Shown: piece by piece, positions 25,681-39,649 of the stretch | Numbering within the stretch: position 1 is the first letter of the stretch | Layout of the letters: every line of letters begins with the position of its first letter | NCBI RefSeq assembly: GCF_963921235.1 | Contig: NC_086097.1 | Location: 228,038,001 to 228,102,000 of the forward strand | Origin: Mobula hypostoma | Taxonomy: Eukaryota | Direction: 5' to 3' | Length of the DNA stretch: 64,000 bases | Translations under genes and position numbers: made by a program | Notes under the pieces: generated by a model | What the model saw: the letters and a program-made list of their open reading frames with translations, nothing else | Database searches by the model: none | Told to the model about the DNA's origin: nothing

Positions 25681-26144
25681 ATCAGCGAAGACAACACCTG
25701 CTTTTATTGGATCATGTTGACTTCTTCAGTGAAGCTGGCTCCAACCTGGCCAGGAATCCTTATGACATGAAGGCCTTACGGATAATGCCATCATATCAGA
25801 AGATCAGAAAATAACGCTTCCTGTTTGTGTATTGAGGTGGGGGGGAAGAACAGTGTAAATACCATATTAAACAATGCTAGCATATTAATTCATATACATT
25901 CCTGTAGTCATGATAAATACTATCATACTACTGCACTGTGATCATATAGATAAGGGGACACCATCATCTGTGGGTCCTCCTTCAAGTCATGCACTACCCT
26001 AATTTGAGAAATATTCTGCCTGTCCTTCATGGTTGATGTTGCAATTGGTTTACTACTGTTGCATGTATCAAGCTTGTCTTGTATGCTGTTCCTACAGATG
26101 AAATCATTGCACAGTGCATGCAGGCGGAACAAGATAAAGCAACA

Positions 26145-26370
26145 ACGTTGTGTAGCATAGCATTTACCATAATGCTTTACAGCCCAGCTGTAAGATCGGG
26201 GGTCGATTCTCACTGAGGAGTTTTGTATATTCTCCCTGTGACTGCATGAGTCTCCCCCCACATTACGAAGATGTACAAGTTATGGATATGCTATGTGGCA
26301 CATCATGGACTATGTTGGTTGTCACATTCCACTGTATGTTTCAATGTACATGTTACGAATAGAGCAATTT
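26145..26370 (+). mobile_element. V-SINE, same family as 17817-18140
   Basis: Shared 'ttctccctgtgactg...cccacattacgaagatgta' and 'actgtatgtttcaatgtacatg' tail. Confidence 0.75.
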
Positions 26371-26500
26371 CATGCAGAATGAAGTGCAAAAGTTACAGCG
26401 AGAGTGCAGATAAACAAAGTGCAAGGTCATAACGAGGTAATTTGTAAGATCAAGAGACTGATAACAGCAGGATAGATACTGTTCTTGACCATAACATCCT

Positions 26501-26760
26501 TGGGCAGCACAGAAGTGTAGCAGATAGCGTGATGCTATTACAGCTCAGGGTGTCAGAGTACGATCCTCTGTCAGGAGTCTTTGTATCTCCTCCTGGTGGG
26601 ATGTGTGGGGTCCAGATTCATCCCACTGTCCAAGGACATACCAGGTAGGTTAATTAGTCACTGTGGACTATCCCATGATTAGGTTAGGGTTAAATTGGGG
26701 TTGTCAGGGATTGCTGTTGCGACCAGTCTCTGCTGCGCTGTATTGCTAAATAAATACATA
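26501..26760 (+). mobile_element. V-SINE
   Basis: 'gggcagcacag...gtagcagatagcgtgatgctattacagctc' head, decayed V-domain, (TAAA)n tail. Confidence 0.7.
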
Positions 26761-26884
26761 ACACGGAGGTAGAAGCTGTGTTGAAAACCTCCGACAACAG
26801 CATGGGTAAGAGTCCTATTACTAGAAGGACTGCAGAGGTTCAGTAAAGGAATGAATCTACTTTGAAGTTTGAACTTTGATTCAG

Positions 26885-29800
26885 TGGCTAAAGTGAATGT
26901 AGGTGCCTTAGAGGACAAGAGAGGGGAATTGATGTTGGGTGATGGAGAAATGGCAAAGGCTTTGAATGACCTTTGTGTAGGTCTCCATGGTCGAGGACAT
27001 GTCGAACATGCCAAAGAGAGATGTTATGGGTGAGATGGGAGGTGATGGCCTCGATACAATAGCTATCACTGAAAAGGTCGTGTAGAGCAAACTTGTGGGC
27101 TTGAAGATAGGTAAGTCCCCTGATCCTGATGGAATGCATCCCGTGGTACTGAAAAAAATGGCATAAGCAATGGTAAAGGGTTTGGAGATGATTTACCAAA
27201 ATCCTCTGGACTTTGGGCAAGTCCTGGCGGATTGGAAGACAGCGAATGTCACACCACTGTTCAAAAAGGGATGTAGGCAAAAGGCAGGTAACTAAAGACC
27301 AGTTAGTTTAACATCTGTGGTTGGGAAAATGTTTGAAGCTATCATTAAAGAAGAAACAGCGAGATATCTAGAAAGAAATGGATCTATCAGGCAGACACAG
27401 CATGGATTCAGCAAAGGCAGGTCCTGTTTGGCAAACTTACTGGAGTTCTTTGAAGATCAATGTCCTCCGGAGATTGTTTGAGGTGCTGTTGGGGAGGTTT
27501 TAAACTAATATGGCAGGGGGATGGGAACCCACACAGAAAAAAAGAGGGAAGTGATGCAGAGACCAAAGCTGGAGTTAGTGAAGAAAAAAGTAAGAATAGA
27601 GTGCATGGAAGTAAAAAGCAAAAATTACATGGGTCACTAGATTCTAAAAGGACAATGAGTATAACGGCACTTTATCTAAATGCCCCTAGTATTAGAAACA
27701 AGGTTAGTGAACTTGTGGCACAGATCAGTACCAAGGCATATGATTTAGTGGCCAATACAGAAACCCGGTTGCAAGGTGGAGATGACTGGGAATTAAATAT
27801 CCAAGGGTATCAGGTAATACGGAAAGATAGGCAGGAAGGCAAAAGAGGTGGGGTGGCACTCTTAATTAAGGATGAGATCAGGGCAATTGTGAGAGACGAT
27901 ATAAGATCTACGGAGCAGAATGTTGAGTCCATCTGGGTAGAGATTAAGAATAAGGAAAAAAAAAATCACTGGTGGAGTTGTCTGAAGGCCACCAAATAAA
28001 AATATTGCAATGGCAGAGGCGATTAACCAAGAAATAACTGAGTCTTGTAAGAATGGAACGGCAGTTGTCATGGGGGATTTTAACTTCCACATAGTTTGGG
28101 TGAATCAGGTTAGTCAGGGAAGTCTTGAGGAAGACTTCATAGAATGCATCCATGATGGATTTCTTGAGCAGCATGTTAGTGAACCTACAAGGGAAAATGC
28201 TATCTTAGATCTAGTCCTGTGCAATGAGACAGGTAAGATTAATGATCATATAGTCAAGGATGCTCTTGGAAAGAGTGATCATAGTATGACTGAATTTCAC
28301 ATACAGATGGAGGATGAAATAGTTAGATCTAAAACTAGTGTACTATGCTTGAACAAGGGAGACTACAACAGGATGAGGGAGGAGTTGGCTAATGTGGATT
28401 GGGAGCACAGGCTATTTGGTAGGACAGTTGAGGAACAGTGGAATACTTTCAAAGAGATTTTTCACAGTGCTCAACAAAAGTATATTCCAGTCAAAAGTAA
28501 GGACAGTAAGTGTGGGGAGAGCCAGCCTTGGATAATTAAGGAAATAAAAGATAGTTTCAAAGTAAAAGATCAGGTGTACAAAGTCACAAAGAGTAGTGGG
28601 AGACTGGAGGATTGGGAAAACTTTAAAAAGCAACAAAGAACAACTAAACAAGAAATAAAGAAAGGGAAGATAGAGTATGAAAGTAGATTAGCACAAAATA
28701 TAAAAACAGATAGCAAAAGTTTTTATAAATATATGAAGTGGAAGAGGGTGGCTAAAATCAATGTAGGCCCCTTGGAAGACAAGAAGGGGAAATTGATATT
28801 GGGTGATAAGGAAATGGCTGAGGCATTGAATGACTATTTTGTGTCAGTCTTCATGGTGGAGGACACATTTAATATGCCAAAGAATTATGTTATAGACGAA
28901 ATGGGAGGTGAGGACCTCGATAAAATCACTGTCACTAAAGAGATAGTGATGAGCAAACTAGAGAGCCTGAAGGTAGATAAGTCCCCTGGTCCTGATGGGA
29001 TGCATCCCAGGGTGCTGAGGGAATTGGCGGAGGTTATAGTAGACGCGTTGGTAATCATTTACCAAAATTCTCTAGACTCTGGGCAGGTCCCGGTGGATTG
29101 GAAGATGGCAACTACCACGCCACTTTTTTAAAAAGGACATAGGTAAAAGATGGGCAACTATAGGCCAGTTAGCTTACTGATAGTCGGGAAAATGCTTGAA
29201 GCTGTCATTAAGGAAGAAATAGCAAAACATTTAGAAAGGAGTGGTTGGTTCCATTAGACAGACGCAGCATGGATTCAGAAAGGGAAGATTTGACAAACTT
29301 ACTGGAGTTCTTTGAGGACATAATGAATGCAGTGGATAGAGGGGAACAGGTGGATGTCGTATACTTGGATTTCCAGAAGGTGTTCGATCAGGTGCCGCAC
29401 AAGAGACTTATAAATAAGATACGGATGCATGGAGTCGGAGGAAGTGTATTGGCATGGATAGCGGATTGGTTAACCAATAGAAGGCAGGGAGTTGGTATAA
29501 ATGGGTGTTTCTCCAGTTGCAAGTCAGTGGTGAGTGGGGTGCTGCAGGGGTCGGTGCTGGGCCTGCAGCTGTTTACCATTTACATTGATGATTTGGAAGA
29601 GGGGACTGAGTGTAGCATATCAAAATTTGCTGATGACACTAATCTGAGTGGAAAAGCAAATTGTACGGAGGATGTGGAGAGTCTGCAGAGGGATAGAGAT
29701 AGGTTAAGTGAGTGGGCTAAGGTCTGGCAGATGGAATACAACTTTGGTAAATGTGAGATCATCCACTTTGGAAGGAATAATAGAAGAGCAGATTATTATT

Positions 29801-31795
29801 TAAATGGTGAAAGATTGCAGCATGCTGTTGTGCAGAGGGACTTGGGAGTGCTTGTGCATGAATCACAAAAAGTTGGCTTGCAGATACAACAGGTTATTAA
29901 GAAGGCAAACGGAATGTTGGCCTTCATTGCTAGAGGGATTGAATTCAAGAGCAGGGAGGTCGTGCTGTAACTATACAGGGTACTGGTGAGGCCTCGCCTG
30001 GAGTATTGTGTGCAGTTCTGGTCTCCATACTTGAGGAGGGATATACTGGCTTTGGAGGCAGTGCAGAGGAGGTTCACTAGGTTGATTCCACAGATGAAGG
30101 GGTTAACCTAGGAGGAGAGATTGAGTTGCTTGGGACTATACTCTCTGGAGTTCAGAAGAATGAGAGGGGATCTGAAAGAAACATACAAAATTTTAAAAGG
30201 GATAGATAAGATAGAAGTAGGAAAGTTGTTTCCATTGTTAGGTGAGACTAGAACTAGGGGACATTGCCTCCAGATTCAGGGGAGAAGATTTAGGACGGAG
30301 ATGAGGAGAAACTATTTTTCTTAGAGAGTGGTGAATCTGTGGAATTCTCTGCCCAGGGAAGGAGTTGAGGCTTCTTCACTTAATATATTTAAGATACAGT
30401 TAGATATATTTTTACATAGTAGGGGAATTGAGGGTTATGGGGAAAAGGAAGGTAGATGGAGCTGAGTTTACGGACAGATCAGCCATGATCTTATTGAATG
30501 GCGGGGCAGGCTCGATGGGCCGGATGGCCTACTCCTGCTCCTATTTCTTATGTTCTTATATAATGAGTGCAGTGGATAGAGGGGAACAGATGGACGTTGT
30601 TTACTTGGAGTTCCAGAAGGCGCTCAATAAGGTACCACATAAAAGACTTATCCATAAGATAAGGATGTATAGAGTTGGGGGGTGATGTATTTGCATGGAT
30701 AGAGGATTCATTAACTAATAAAAAGCAGAGAGTTAGGATACATGGGTGTTAATCTGGTTGGAAACCAGTGGTGAGCGATATGCTGCAGGGGTCAGTGCTG
30801 GGCCTACAAATGTTCACGATATGCATTAATGATCTGGAAGAGGGGACCAAGTGTAGTGTATCTAAGTTTGCTGATAAAACAAAATTGAGTGGAAAAACAA
30901 ATTGTGCAGGAGATATGGAGAATCTGCAAAGAAATGTATAGATAGGTGAAGTGAGTAGGCAAGGATCTGGCAGACGGAGTACATTGTTGGTAAATTCGTG
31001 GTCATCCACTTTGGAAGGAAAATGGAAGAGCAGATTATTATTTAAATGGTAAAAAATTGCAGCATGCTACTATGCAGAGGGACTTGGGAGTGCTTGTGCA
31101 TGAATCACAAAAAGTTGTTTTGCAGGTGCAGCAGGCTATCAAGAAGGCAAATGGAATGTTGGCTTTCATTGCTCGAGAGATTGAACTTAAGAGCAGGGAG
31201 CAAGGCTGCAACTGTACAGGGCACTGGTGAGGCCACACCTGGAGTACTGCATACATTTCTGGTCTCCCGACTTGAGGAAGGATATACTGGCTTTGGAGGC
31301 GGTGCAGAGGAGGTTCATCTAGAGCTGAGGGAGTTAGACTATGAGGAAGAGATTTTGCCACCTGGGACTATACTCGCTGGAATTCAGAAGGATGAGAGGA
31401 GATCTTATAGAAACATATAACATTCTGAAAGGGGTAGATAAGATAGAGTCAGGAAAGTTGTTTCCACTGGCAGGTGAGACTAGAACTAGGGGACATAGCC
31501 TCATGACTCGGGGGAATAGATTTAGGTTGGAGATGAGGAACAACTGCTTTTCTCAGAGATCGGTGAATCTGTGGAATTCTCTGCCCAATGAACATTGGAG
31601 GTTACCTCAGAAAATATATTTAAGACAAGGTTGGATAGACTTTTGCATAGTAGGGGAATTAAAGGTTACAGGGAAAAAGCAGGTAGGTGGAGATGTGTCT
31701 GTGGGCAGATCCATCATGATCTTATTGAATGGAGGAGCAGGCTCGATGAGCAAGATAGCCTACTCCTGCTCCTATTTCTTATCTTCATATGTTCA
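26885..31795 (+). mobile_element. Host CR1 ORF2 remnant split by a nested CR1 (halves 26885-27458 and ~30560-31795)
   Basis: Left half ends at '...LLEFFED', right half resumes 'IMSAVDRGEQMDVVYLEF'; own 3' tail at ~31775-31795. Confidence 0.85.
27460..30559 (+). mobile_element. Nested CR1 with ORF1 end, APE endonuclease and RT (frameshifted)
   Basis: ALYLNAPSIRNK, GGVALLIK, VMGDFN, ILDLVL, SDH, KSPGPDG, KFADDT; tail ATTTCTTATGTTCTTAT. Confidence 0.92.
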
Positions 31796-31884
31796 TCTTT
31801 AAGGGCAATTAAAGATGTATGTTGTATACTGGTTGCACAGGTGATCACCAAAAAGTGAATTCATTTTGTTTTAAAAAGCCACTT

Positions 31885-32275
31885 ACAGGCCATGCTCTCT
31901 TCTCACGGCTACCATTAGGCAAGAGATAGAGGACCCTTGTGTCACACACCACCAGGTTCAAGAACAGTTATTACCCTTCAACCATCAGGCTCCCGAACCA
32001 GTGTGGTTAACTTCACTCACCTCAACTCTGAACTGATTCCACAACTGACAGACTCAGTTTGAAGGGTTTCTACAATTCGTGGTCTCAGTATTATTTCGAT
32101 TTTAATCTGCTCAATTTGTCCTTTGCACATTGGTTGTTTGTCAGTCTTTGTGTATAGTGTTTCCTAAATTCTATTGTGTTTCTTTATCTTCCTGTAAATG
32201 CCTGCAGAAAATTAATTTCAAGGTAGTACACGGTGACATTCAGTATACGTACGTAGATAATAAATTGACTTTGAT
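31885..32275 (+). mobile_element. Rex/Babar 3' end
   Basis: 'caccaccaggttcaagaacagttattaccc' motif; AATAAA...ttgactttga tail. Confidence 0.7.
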
Positions 32276-32748
32276 AAAGAAAGTACTATTGAGGTATTTT
32301 AGGATACAGAAAATAACCGACTACTGGACTTTGAAACAGTAGAGTAATTAAGATCGAAAAGGGACTAAATTCATCAAAGTCTTTTACTAACCTTTCTGTT
32401 ATATCTTCCGGAAAACTAGGTTCTTGGAATGACATGATGATTAAAGACCAAATCGCCAAAATATTCTAGAGAGGAGCAAATGTTATTCCTTTGTGTAGGA
32501 AATGGATAAATTATAAAATATTGATGAGCGAAGAGAAACCCATTACCTAGAATATTGGATTAAGTTAATGGAACATTGGAGACCAAATGAGAACTGTGCA
32601 GGATATTAGAAGCAGCAGATCAGGCTCCACTAAATTGGTTCAATAGTTTAAGTCAAAAGAAAATAAAGTGCACTGTCTATAAATAGTAAAAATAATCTTT
32701 GTATACGCTAAGAAAATAGGAGTCACCCAGTCTAGCCTATATGGAGCC

Positions 32749-35700
32749 AAGATGGCGCTGGTATTCTTTGGCGACCCTCTGCGGGCTGCAGGAATTTGTA
32801 TCAGTTTTCCTCTTAATTATACTCCATTTGAACTACTTTTGCTGCAATCTGCAGCATGTAAGTTTCCTCTACAATTTGTGGTCTTAGTGTTATTTCTTTT
32901 CTAATCTGCTCAGTTTGTCCTTTGCACATTGGTTGTTTACACCATGAACAATAGACTATGAAATTACATTAATGATCTTTAGATCTCACATTTGACAGTT
33001 AAGTGCGGCACCTTTAAGGATCAACGCCATGGTTGAAAACGCGGCAGGAGACGCGGGTTCAAACCAGGCTGAAGAGCAGGGGGACGAGGCCTCCTGTACC
33101 GAGATCTTGTTGGCGAATTACAGTCACTTGAAAATAAGATTGACAATCCCAGAGCAAGGCTGCTGAATCAGGGGCAGATGAGGCTGATCTCAGTTGTTAG
33201 TTGTGCTGAAACTTGGTTAAATGTGGATACACCAGATGCAGTGATACGACCAGAAGGCTTTACGATTTTCAGAATGGATCAAACCTCGAATCCTGGTAAG
33301 AAAAAAGGCAGCGGTATATGCTTTTGAGTCAGTTCTTGTTGGTGCACAGACACTGGGGTTATGCCAACTTCTTGTTCCCCTGACTTAGAACAACGGACGA
33401 TTAAATGTAGACCATCCTACTTGCCTTGGGAGTTCTCATCCATGATCCTGACCACAGTTTACATACCACCAGCGGCCGATTATACGTAAGCACTCACAAA
33501 ACTGCACGATGGTGTCTATAAACAAGAAACCACCCATCCCGATGCATTTCAAATTATAGTCTGCAACTTTAACCAGGCCTGTGTGAAGAAAGCCCTGCTT
33601 AATTATCACCAGCACAAAACCTGTTGCACCAGAGATCCTAACACACCAGATTACTGCTACACTACGATCAGGAACGCCTATCGTTCTTTCTCGAGACTGC
33701 ATTTTGCCAAGTCAGATCATTTAGCTATACTACTGCTACCTTCATACAGACAAAGCTTCACGAGCAAGGCTCTAGAGATCAAGACAACTAAGAGGTAGTC
33801 ATGGAAGTCTGAGGAATGGTTACAGGATTGCCTTGACTCAGTGGACGGGGCTGTGTTCAAGAACTGATCTGAGGATCTGAATGACTGCACCCGGGTCATT
33901 ACATACTTTATTAACACATGGATGAACAATGAAATCCAAACCTACTGAGAGCCAGATCAGAGGCATTCAAGTCTGGAGATCAAGAATGCTACAAGAGGTG
34001 CAGCTATGATCTCTCAGGTGAAGTGGAGATTCTGGACTAGACTGGAATCAAGGAAGGATGCTCAACAGCTGTGGCAGGGTTTGAATGCCATAACCTCCTA
34101 CAAAGTTAAATCTAGTGACATAGAGGATAACAGAGCTTCGCTTCCAGGTGAGCTCAATGGCTTCTATGCTCGCTTTCACCACCAGAACAGGAAGGAACAA
34201 TCACTCACGCCCCATGTCTCCCGATGATCCTTTGGTCTCAGTATCTGAAGACAACCTGCGAGCTGCCTTCAAGAAAGTGAATCCAAGGAACGAATCCAGT
34301 CCAGCCGGGGTGGCTAGCCGAGTACTGAAGACCTGTGGTGATCAACTGGCTGGTGTATTCACGGATATCTTCAGCTTCTCACTCCAGCAGTGTGTGGTAC
34401 TCACCTGCTTCAAGCAGGCTTCAGTCATCCGGTGCCCAAGAAGAGCATGGTAACCTGTCTAAATGAATATCGTTCAGTGGCACTTAAGTCCACAGTGGAA
34501 GTGTTTTGAGAGGCTGGTTTTGAAACATATCAACTCCTGTCTGAATGGTGACTTGGATCCATTCCAATTCGCACACTGAAGCAGCAGATCTGCTGTAGAT
34601 GCTATCTTATCGGCTCCTCACACAACTCGAGACACCTGGACAGCAAAATTGCATACATCAGGATGCTCTTTATTGATTACAGTTCGGCATTTAACACCAT
34701 CATCCCCTCAAAACTAATCAGTAAACTCCAGGATCTGGGCATCAATACCCCCTTGTTTAATTAGATCCTGGATTTCCTCACTTATAGACCCGTCAGTTCA
34801 GATTGGCAGAAAGATCTCCTCCGCAATCTCCATCAGCACAGGAGCACCACAGAGATGTGTATTTAGCTCTCTGCTCCACTCACTTTACATCTATGTCTGT
34901 GTGGCTAAGTATAGCTCCAAAACCATATACAAGTTTGCTGACGACACCACTCTTGTGGAATGTATCAAAGGGGGTGATGAATTAGCATATAGGAGGGAGA
35001 CAGAAAACCTGGCTGAGTGGTGTAATAACAATAACCTCTCACACAATGTCAATAAGACCAAGGAACTGATTGTGGATTCAGGAGAGGAAAACCAGATGAC
35101 CATGAACCAGTAATCATCATAGGATCAAAGGTGGAGAGGGTCAGTAACTTTAAATCCCTGGGTGTCACTATTTCAGAGTACTTTTCCTGGACCCATCATA
35201 TAAATGTTATTGCAAAGGAAGCACGACAGCACCTCTATTTCCTCAGGAGTCTGCAGAAGTTTGGCATGTCATCGAAAGCCTTTGCAAACGTCTGTAGATG
35301 TGTGGTGGAAAGGCTGCTGACTGTCTGCATTATGGCCTGGTATGGGAACACCAATGCCTTTGAGTAGAAAATCCTACAAAAGATAGTAGATTCAGCCTGG
35401 TACATCATGGGTAAAACCCTCCCAACCATTGAGCACATCTACATGAAATGTTGCTGTGAAAAAGCAGCATCCATCATCACCAACCAGGCCATGCTCTTTT
35501 CTCTCTGCTGCCTTCAGGTAAAAGGTACAGGTGCCTCAGGACTCAAACCACCAGGTTCAAGAACAGTTACTACCCCTCAACCATCAGGCTCTTGAACGAA
35601 TGGAGATAACTGCATTCCTTTAAGGACTCAGTTAAGTACTCTATTATCTTGTTATTTCATGCTCGTTATTTATTTCCATCCATTTGTATCTGCATTTGCA

Positions 35701-35825
35701 CAGTTTGTTTACAGTCAACAGTTCCTGTTGTTTACAGTTACTCTTCTATGGATTTGCTAAGTATTTCAGGGTCGTATGTGGTGACATTATGTACTCTGAT
35801 AATAAATTTTACTTAGAACTTTGAA
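32749..35825 (+). mobile_element. Decayed near-full-length Rex1/Babar LINE (APE and RT)
   Basis: Starts AAGATGGCG; 'ILLAN..SLENKID' APE start ~33100, SDHLAILL, KFADDTTLV, 3' tail AATAAATTTTACTTAGAACTTTGA. Confidence 0.85.
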
Positions 35826-36906
35826 TGTAACTCCATTACAATTTATTGATCAGCCATTGGTTTTTGGACATCTTCCCAAAAGCGTACTAATAATGAATGG
35901 AGACAAAGTTAAAGGGAAGAATTCAAGAAACAGATTGAAGCAAATGTATTTCAATTGGCATGAGTGCATAACGGTTCTCCAGGATATAATCTGTTTGCTT
36001 TGAGGTTCATGGAAATATTTGAGACAGCATACAGGAGGAATGCTTAAAATTTTCTGACTGTTCTTGGGCAAGGGCATGCTAACAAACAGTGGGAGAATAT
36101 GCAGCAAGAGGCAAACGAGATAGGGGTGCTGCTTAACAGAGAATTACGGTGCAGCACATTGGCTAAAAAATTATGTTGCATTGCAAGATGCTCTTACTGG
36201 TTCGATTAAGAAAGAGGATGAGAAGAAAGAATTTGGAATCTCTGCAGTATGGACATTTTAAAGGCAAAAATGCAGACATAAAATTCACAAGAATTGTTAT
36301 AGTTGTTCTAGATTAGATATTTATTAAGAGATAATTGAATGAAATGTCATCTCTACAGGTCATTATTTAGACCACAGCCAAAATTTTGCTTGCAGTTTCA
36401 GTCACTTAATTGTAAGATGGATACCTGAATATTCAGAGGTTTTCTGGGAATGATTCCAGGCTTGTGCTTGTAATGAAAAAAAATCTTTTTTAAAAACTCC
36501 AATGAGAAATAGGAACAAGTAATAAGTTACTGAAATATTACATTCAATGGTTGATGAGTCCACTCCCAAGTAGTGAAGGTTGTCATTATTAGGAAAAGGA
36601 AGCTGGAGGATTTTTATTTATTTAGTTTGTAGAATTTTATTACAAGACAGCAAGTATAATTTGGAAAGACATTGAAGGGAGAAGAATATGGTTAATGTAA
36701 AGTGAGGTAATGTGATTGAGATCATTTTAATTAAAATCCTGCATGTGACACTGCTATTTTCCTTAACCTTAGAGGAATAAGCACTTTGGCAAGTTAAAAA
36801 CATCCTCTGTGGATTTAAGTATTGTAAAGAGGAGGATAAAAAACTTGTAATTCTATCACTAATCTATTGTTACTTCATAGTGAATCTTCTTTTTCTTCTT
36901 CACCAG

Positions 36907-36935
36907 CCTAGACATTGATAATATTGCCAGATGAG
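36907..36935 (+). other. Candidate 29-bp micro-exon (UTR or start-codon exon)
   Basis: Long pyrimidine tract 'tcttctttttcttcttcaccag|', donor ATGAG|GTCAGA; stops in all three frames, ATG just before the donor. Confidence 0.3.
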
Positions 36936-37950
36936 GTCAGACTTTTTAATTAATTAAAAGGATCTTTCCAGACATTGTTCAGAATATATTTTGTGTGAAG
37001 TCAGATTTTGCTGCATGGATTCTGCCATTACATGGAGGCGTTAGTTCATTATCCCATTAATTCATCCATAATGAAGACGTATTTGTTTCCAAAATACTTG
37101 CCATCATCAAAGATAAGTCATGTTCAAAGTTGAACTTCAGAATTCATCATCTCCCATTAAAATGATGAAGCATACCCTGGCATAGTTCAAAATTGAATTC
37201 TAAATGTATTAATAATGGGTTTCATTGTTCTTGCCAATCTTTTGTGCTCACTTACACCTTCTCTGGTGCATTAAGCAAAAAAGAAAAGCAAAATATTATG
37301 CCCTGAGGGTGATCTGTGCTGCACGGTGTTTACTGTCGTGAATTTTTGAGACTGGAGTTTGCAGCAAAATAGGTTAACAATAATTGTGATTATAAGAATT
37401 ATGTACTGTAATTAAAGTAGTAGCGGTAAGATGACAGGAAGTTATTTTCATGAGCATGTAGAATGATTTTTAAGTAATAATTACAGGTGCAATAATGTAA
37501 TTATTACAGGATGAATATTTGGAAAGGAAGAATATTAAAACATAAAAGAGGAAAGGAAAATAGGAATTGTTATAGTTCATCAACACAGACACAGCGGACT
37601 GACATCTAGATTTGTTTGCTGCGCTTTCTGTGAATTTAATTTCAATAGAAATATCATCAGGAATCCCATGACACTGGATAGATTATCAATCATAATTATT
37701 CAAAATGTAGATGTAGTTGGATTGAGCAAATTGTAATTTTACTTTGCCACCAGTTTATGAAGTAAATGGGCGAGATGTTGAGGGGGTTTCTATGTTTGAA
37801 ATGTCCTCATGTTAAACACCTACAGCTGCAGTGTGTGATGAATGAGTCATAAAATACCTGTACGTTACTTCAGCTCAGCCCAATCAAAAAGTATATCTTT
37901 AATGTTTCAACAATTACATAAGCTGTAACTAAATAGAAATATGTCTACAA

Positions 37951-38031
37951 CAAAGGTTCCCAACCTGGGGTTCTCAGACCCTTCAGTTCATGGTCAGGAT
38001 CCATGGCATAGAAGAAGGTTGGGAACCCCTG
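37951..38031. mobile_element. 81-bp hAT(Charlie)-like MITE
   Basis: TIRs CAAAGGTTCCCAACC / GGTTGGGAACCCCTG; 8-bp TSD GTCTACAA / ATCTACAG resembling the NTCTAGAN target. Confidence 0.85.
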
Positions 38032-38364
38032 ATCTACAGGCCAACTCTAAAGTAAAGCCTTGGATTAAACATATAGATGACATATGTTCATACACAGCAG
38101 ATACTAACCTAGAATATTGGTGCAGTAGTCAGTAATGCTAAACATCTGGAAATAACAGCCAACGTCACTAGATTGGAAGTTTTACATATGATCCTAAAAT
38201 TCCAGCATAATTCAACAAAGTTAGGTCCAACTATATCAATAACATATATTGTGTTAACTACATAATTAATTTCCACATTCATTGAGTTTGTAATATTTTC
38301 AGCTAATTTTGAAATTTGTAAATTGTATCACGTGCTATAGGTCATCTGCTTTCTCTGGATTTAC

Positions 38365-38985
38365 ATGTTGTTCATTAGGAGTTTGAAGAGATTTGTTATG
38401 TCAACAAATACACTCAAAAACTTCTATAGATATAGGATGGAGAGCATTCTGACAGGCTGCGTCACTGTCTGGTCTGAGGGGTCAGTGGGGGGGGGCGCGT
38501 GCTATGGCACAGGACTGAAAGAAGCTGCAGAGGGTTGTAAATTTAGTCGGCTCCATCTTGGGTACTTGCCTACAAAGTACCCAGGATATCTTCAAGGAGT
38601 GGTGTCTCAGAAAGGCAACATCCATTATTAAGGACCTCCAGCACCCAGGGCATGCCCTTTTCTCACTGTTACCATCAGGTGGGAGATACAGAAGCCTGAA
38701 GGCACACACTCAGCGACTCAGGAACAGCTTCTTCCCCTCTGCCATCTGATTCCTAAATGAACTTTGAACCCTTGAACACTACCTCACTTTTGTAATATAT
38801 TATTTCTGTTTCTTGCACAATTTTAATCTGTTCAATATACGTATACTGTAATTGATTTAATTATTTATGTATTATTATTTTATTATTTTTTATTTCTTCT
38901 ATATTATGTATTGCATTGAACTGATGCTGCTAAGTTAACAAATTCACGACACATGCTGGTGATAATAAACCTGATTCTGATTCTG
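38365..38985 (+). mobile_element. Rex/Babar 3' fragment
   Basis: LKNFYR..MESILTGCVTVW, HPGHALFSLLPSGGRYRSLK; (ATTCTG)n tail. Confidence 0.88.
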
Positions 38986-39548
38986 TTGCTATGGTATAAT
39001 GGATCTTTTAATGTTGCTGTTATGAAAAAGACATAAATATGTGATCTGTGAAGAATTAAATGTATCACACAAATGACTTCAAATAAATAGGTCAGATTTT
39101 GTAAGGGTGGTGTATGAAGCGATTATTAAGGGCAATAAATCCATGTCTGACACTTCAAAGAGATAATATATCTGGTATGTCTTCAATATTTACATCATTT
39201 AGTGAATGTCTTTTTCCAGTCTGATTTGAGTGATGATTTGTAACGTAGGTTGGAAATTGGTCTTGTCCGGTCTTTTGTGATTACTGGTAGATTGTTAGTG
39301 AGACCCAGGAAGTAGGGAGCAAATTGCATAAAAAGTGAATTTGCCGCAATGTCAATAAAAGGCTTACATTTGCCTTCCATTCCTGGTGAGAGCAGGATAT
39401 TGAATGACTAAACTATCAGCAATACCCCAACACTTACACATACTGTCATTCATTTTAACAAATGTACAGAGCCCATGTTTCGCAGGGGTTCTGTTCCTGA
39501 GAACTGTCCCTAAGCTGATTTTGCTCTGTAATTCAGCTGTTTTCTGTG

Positions 39549-39649
39549 GCAACCCACACAAAATGCTGGAGGAACTCAGCATGTCAGGCAACATGTCTGG
39601 AGGAAAATGAACGATCGATGTTTCAGACCGAGACCCTTCATCAGGGCTG
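39549..39649 (-). mobile_element. Short PLE 3'-end derivative containing a hammerhead core
   Basis: rc: cagccCTGATGAagggtctcggtctGAAAcatcgatcg followed by the PLE terminus. Confidence 0.8.
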
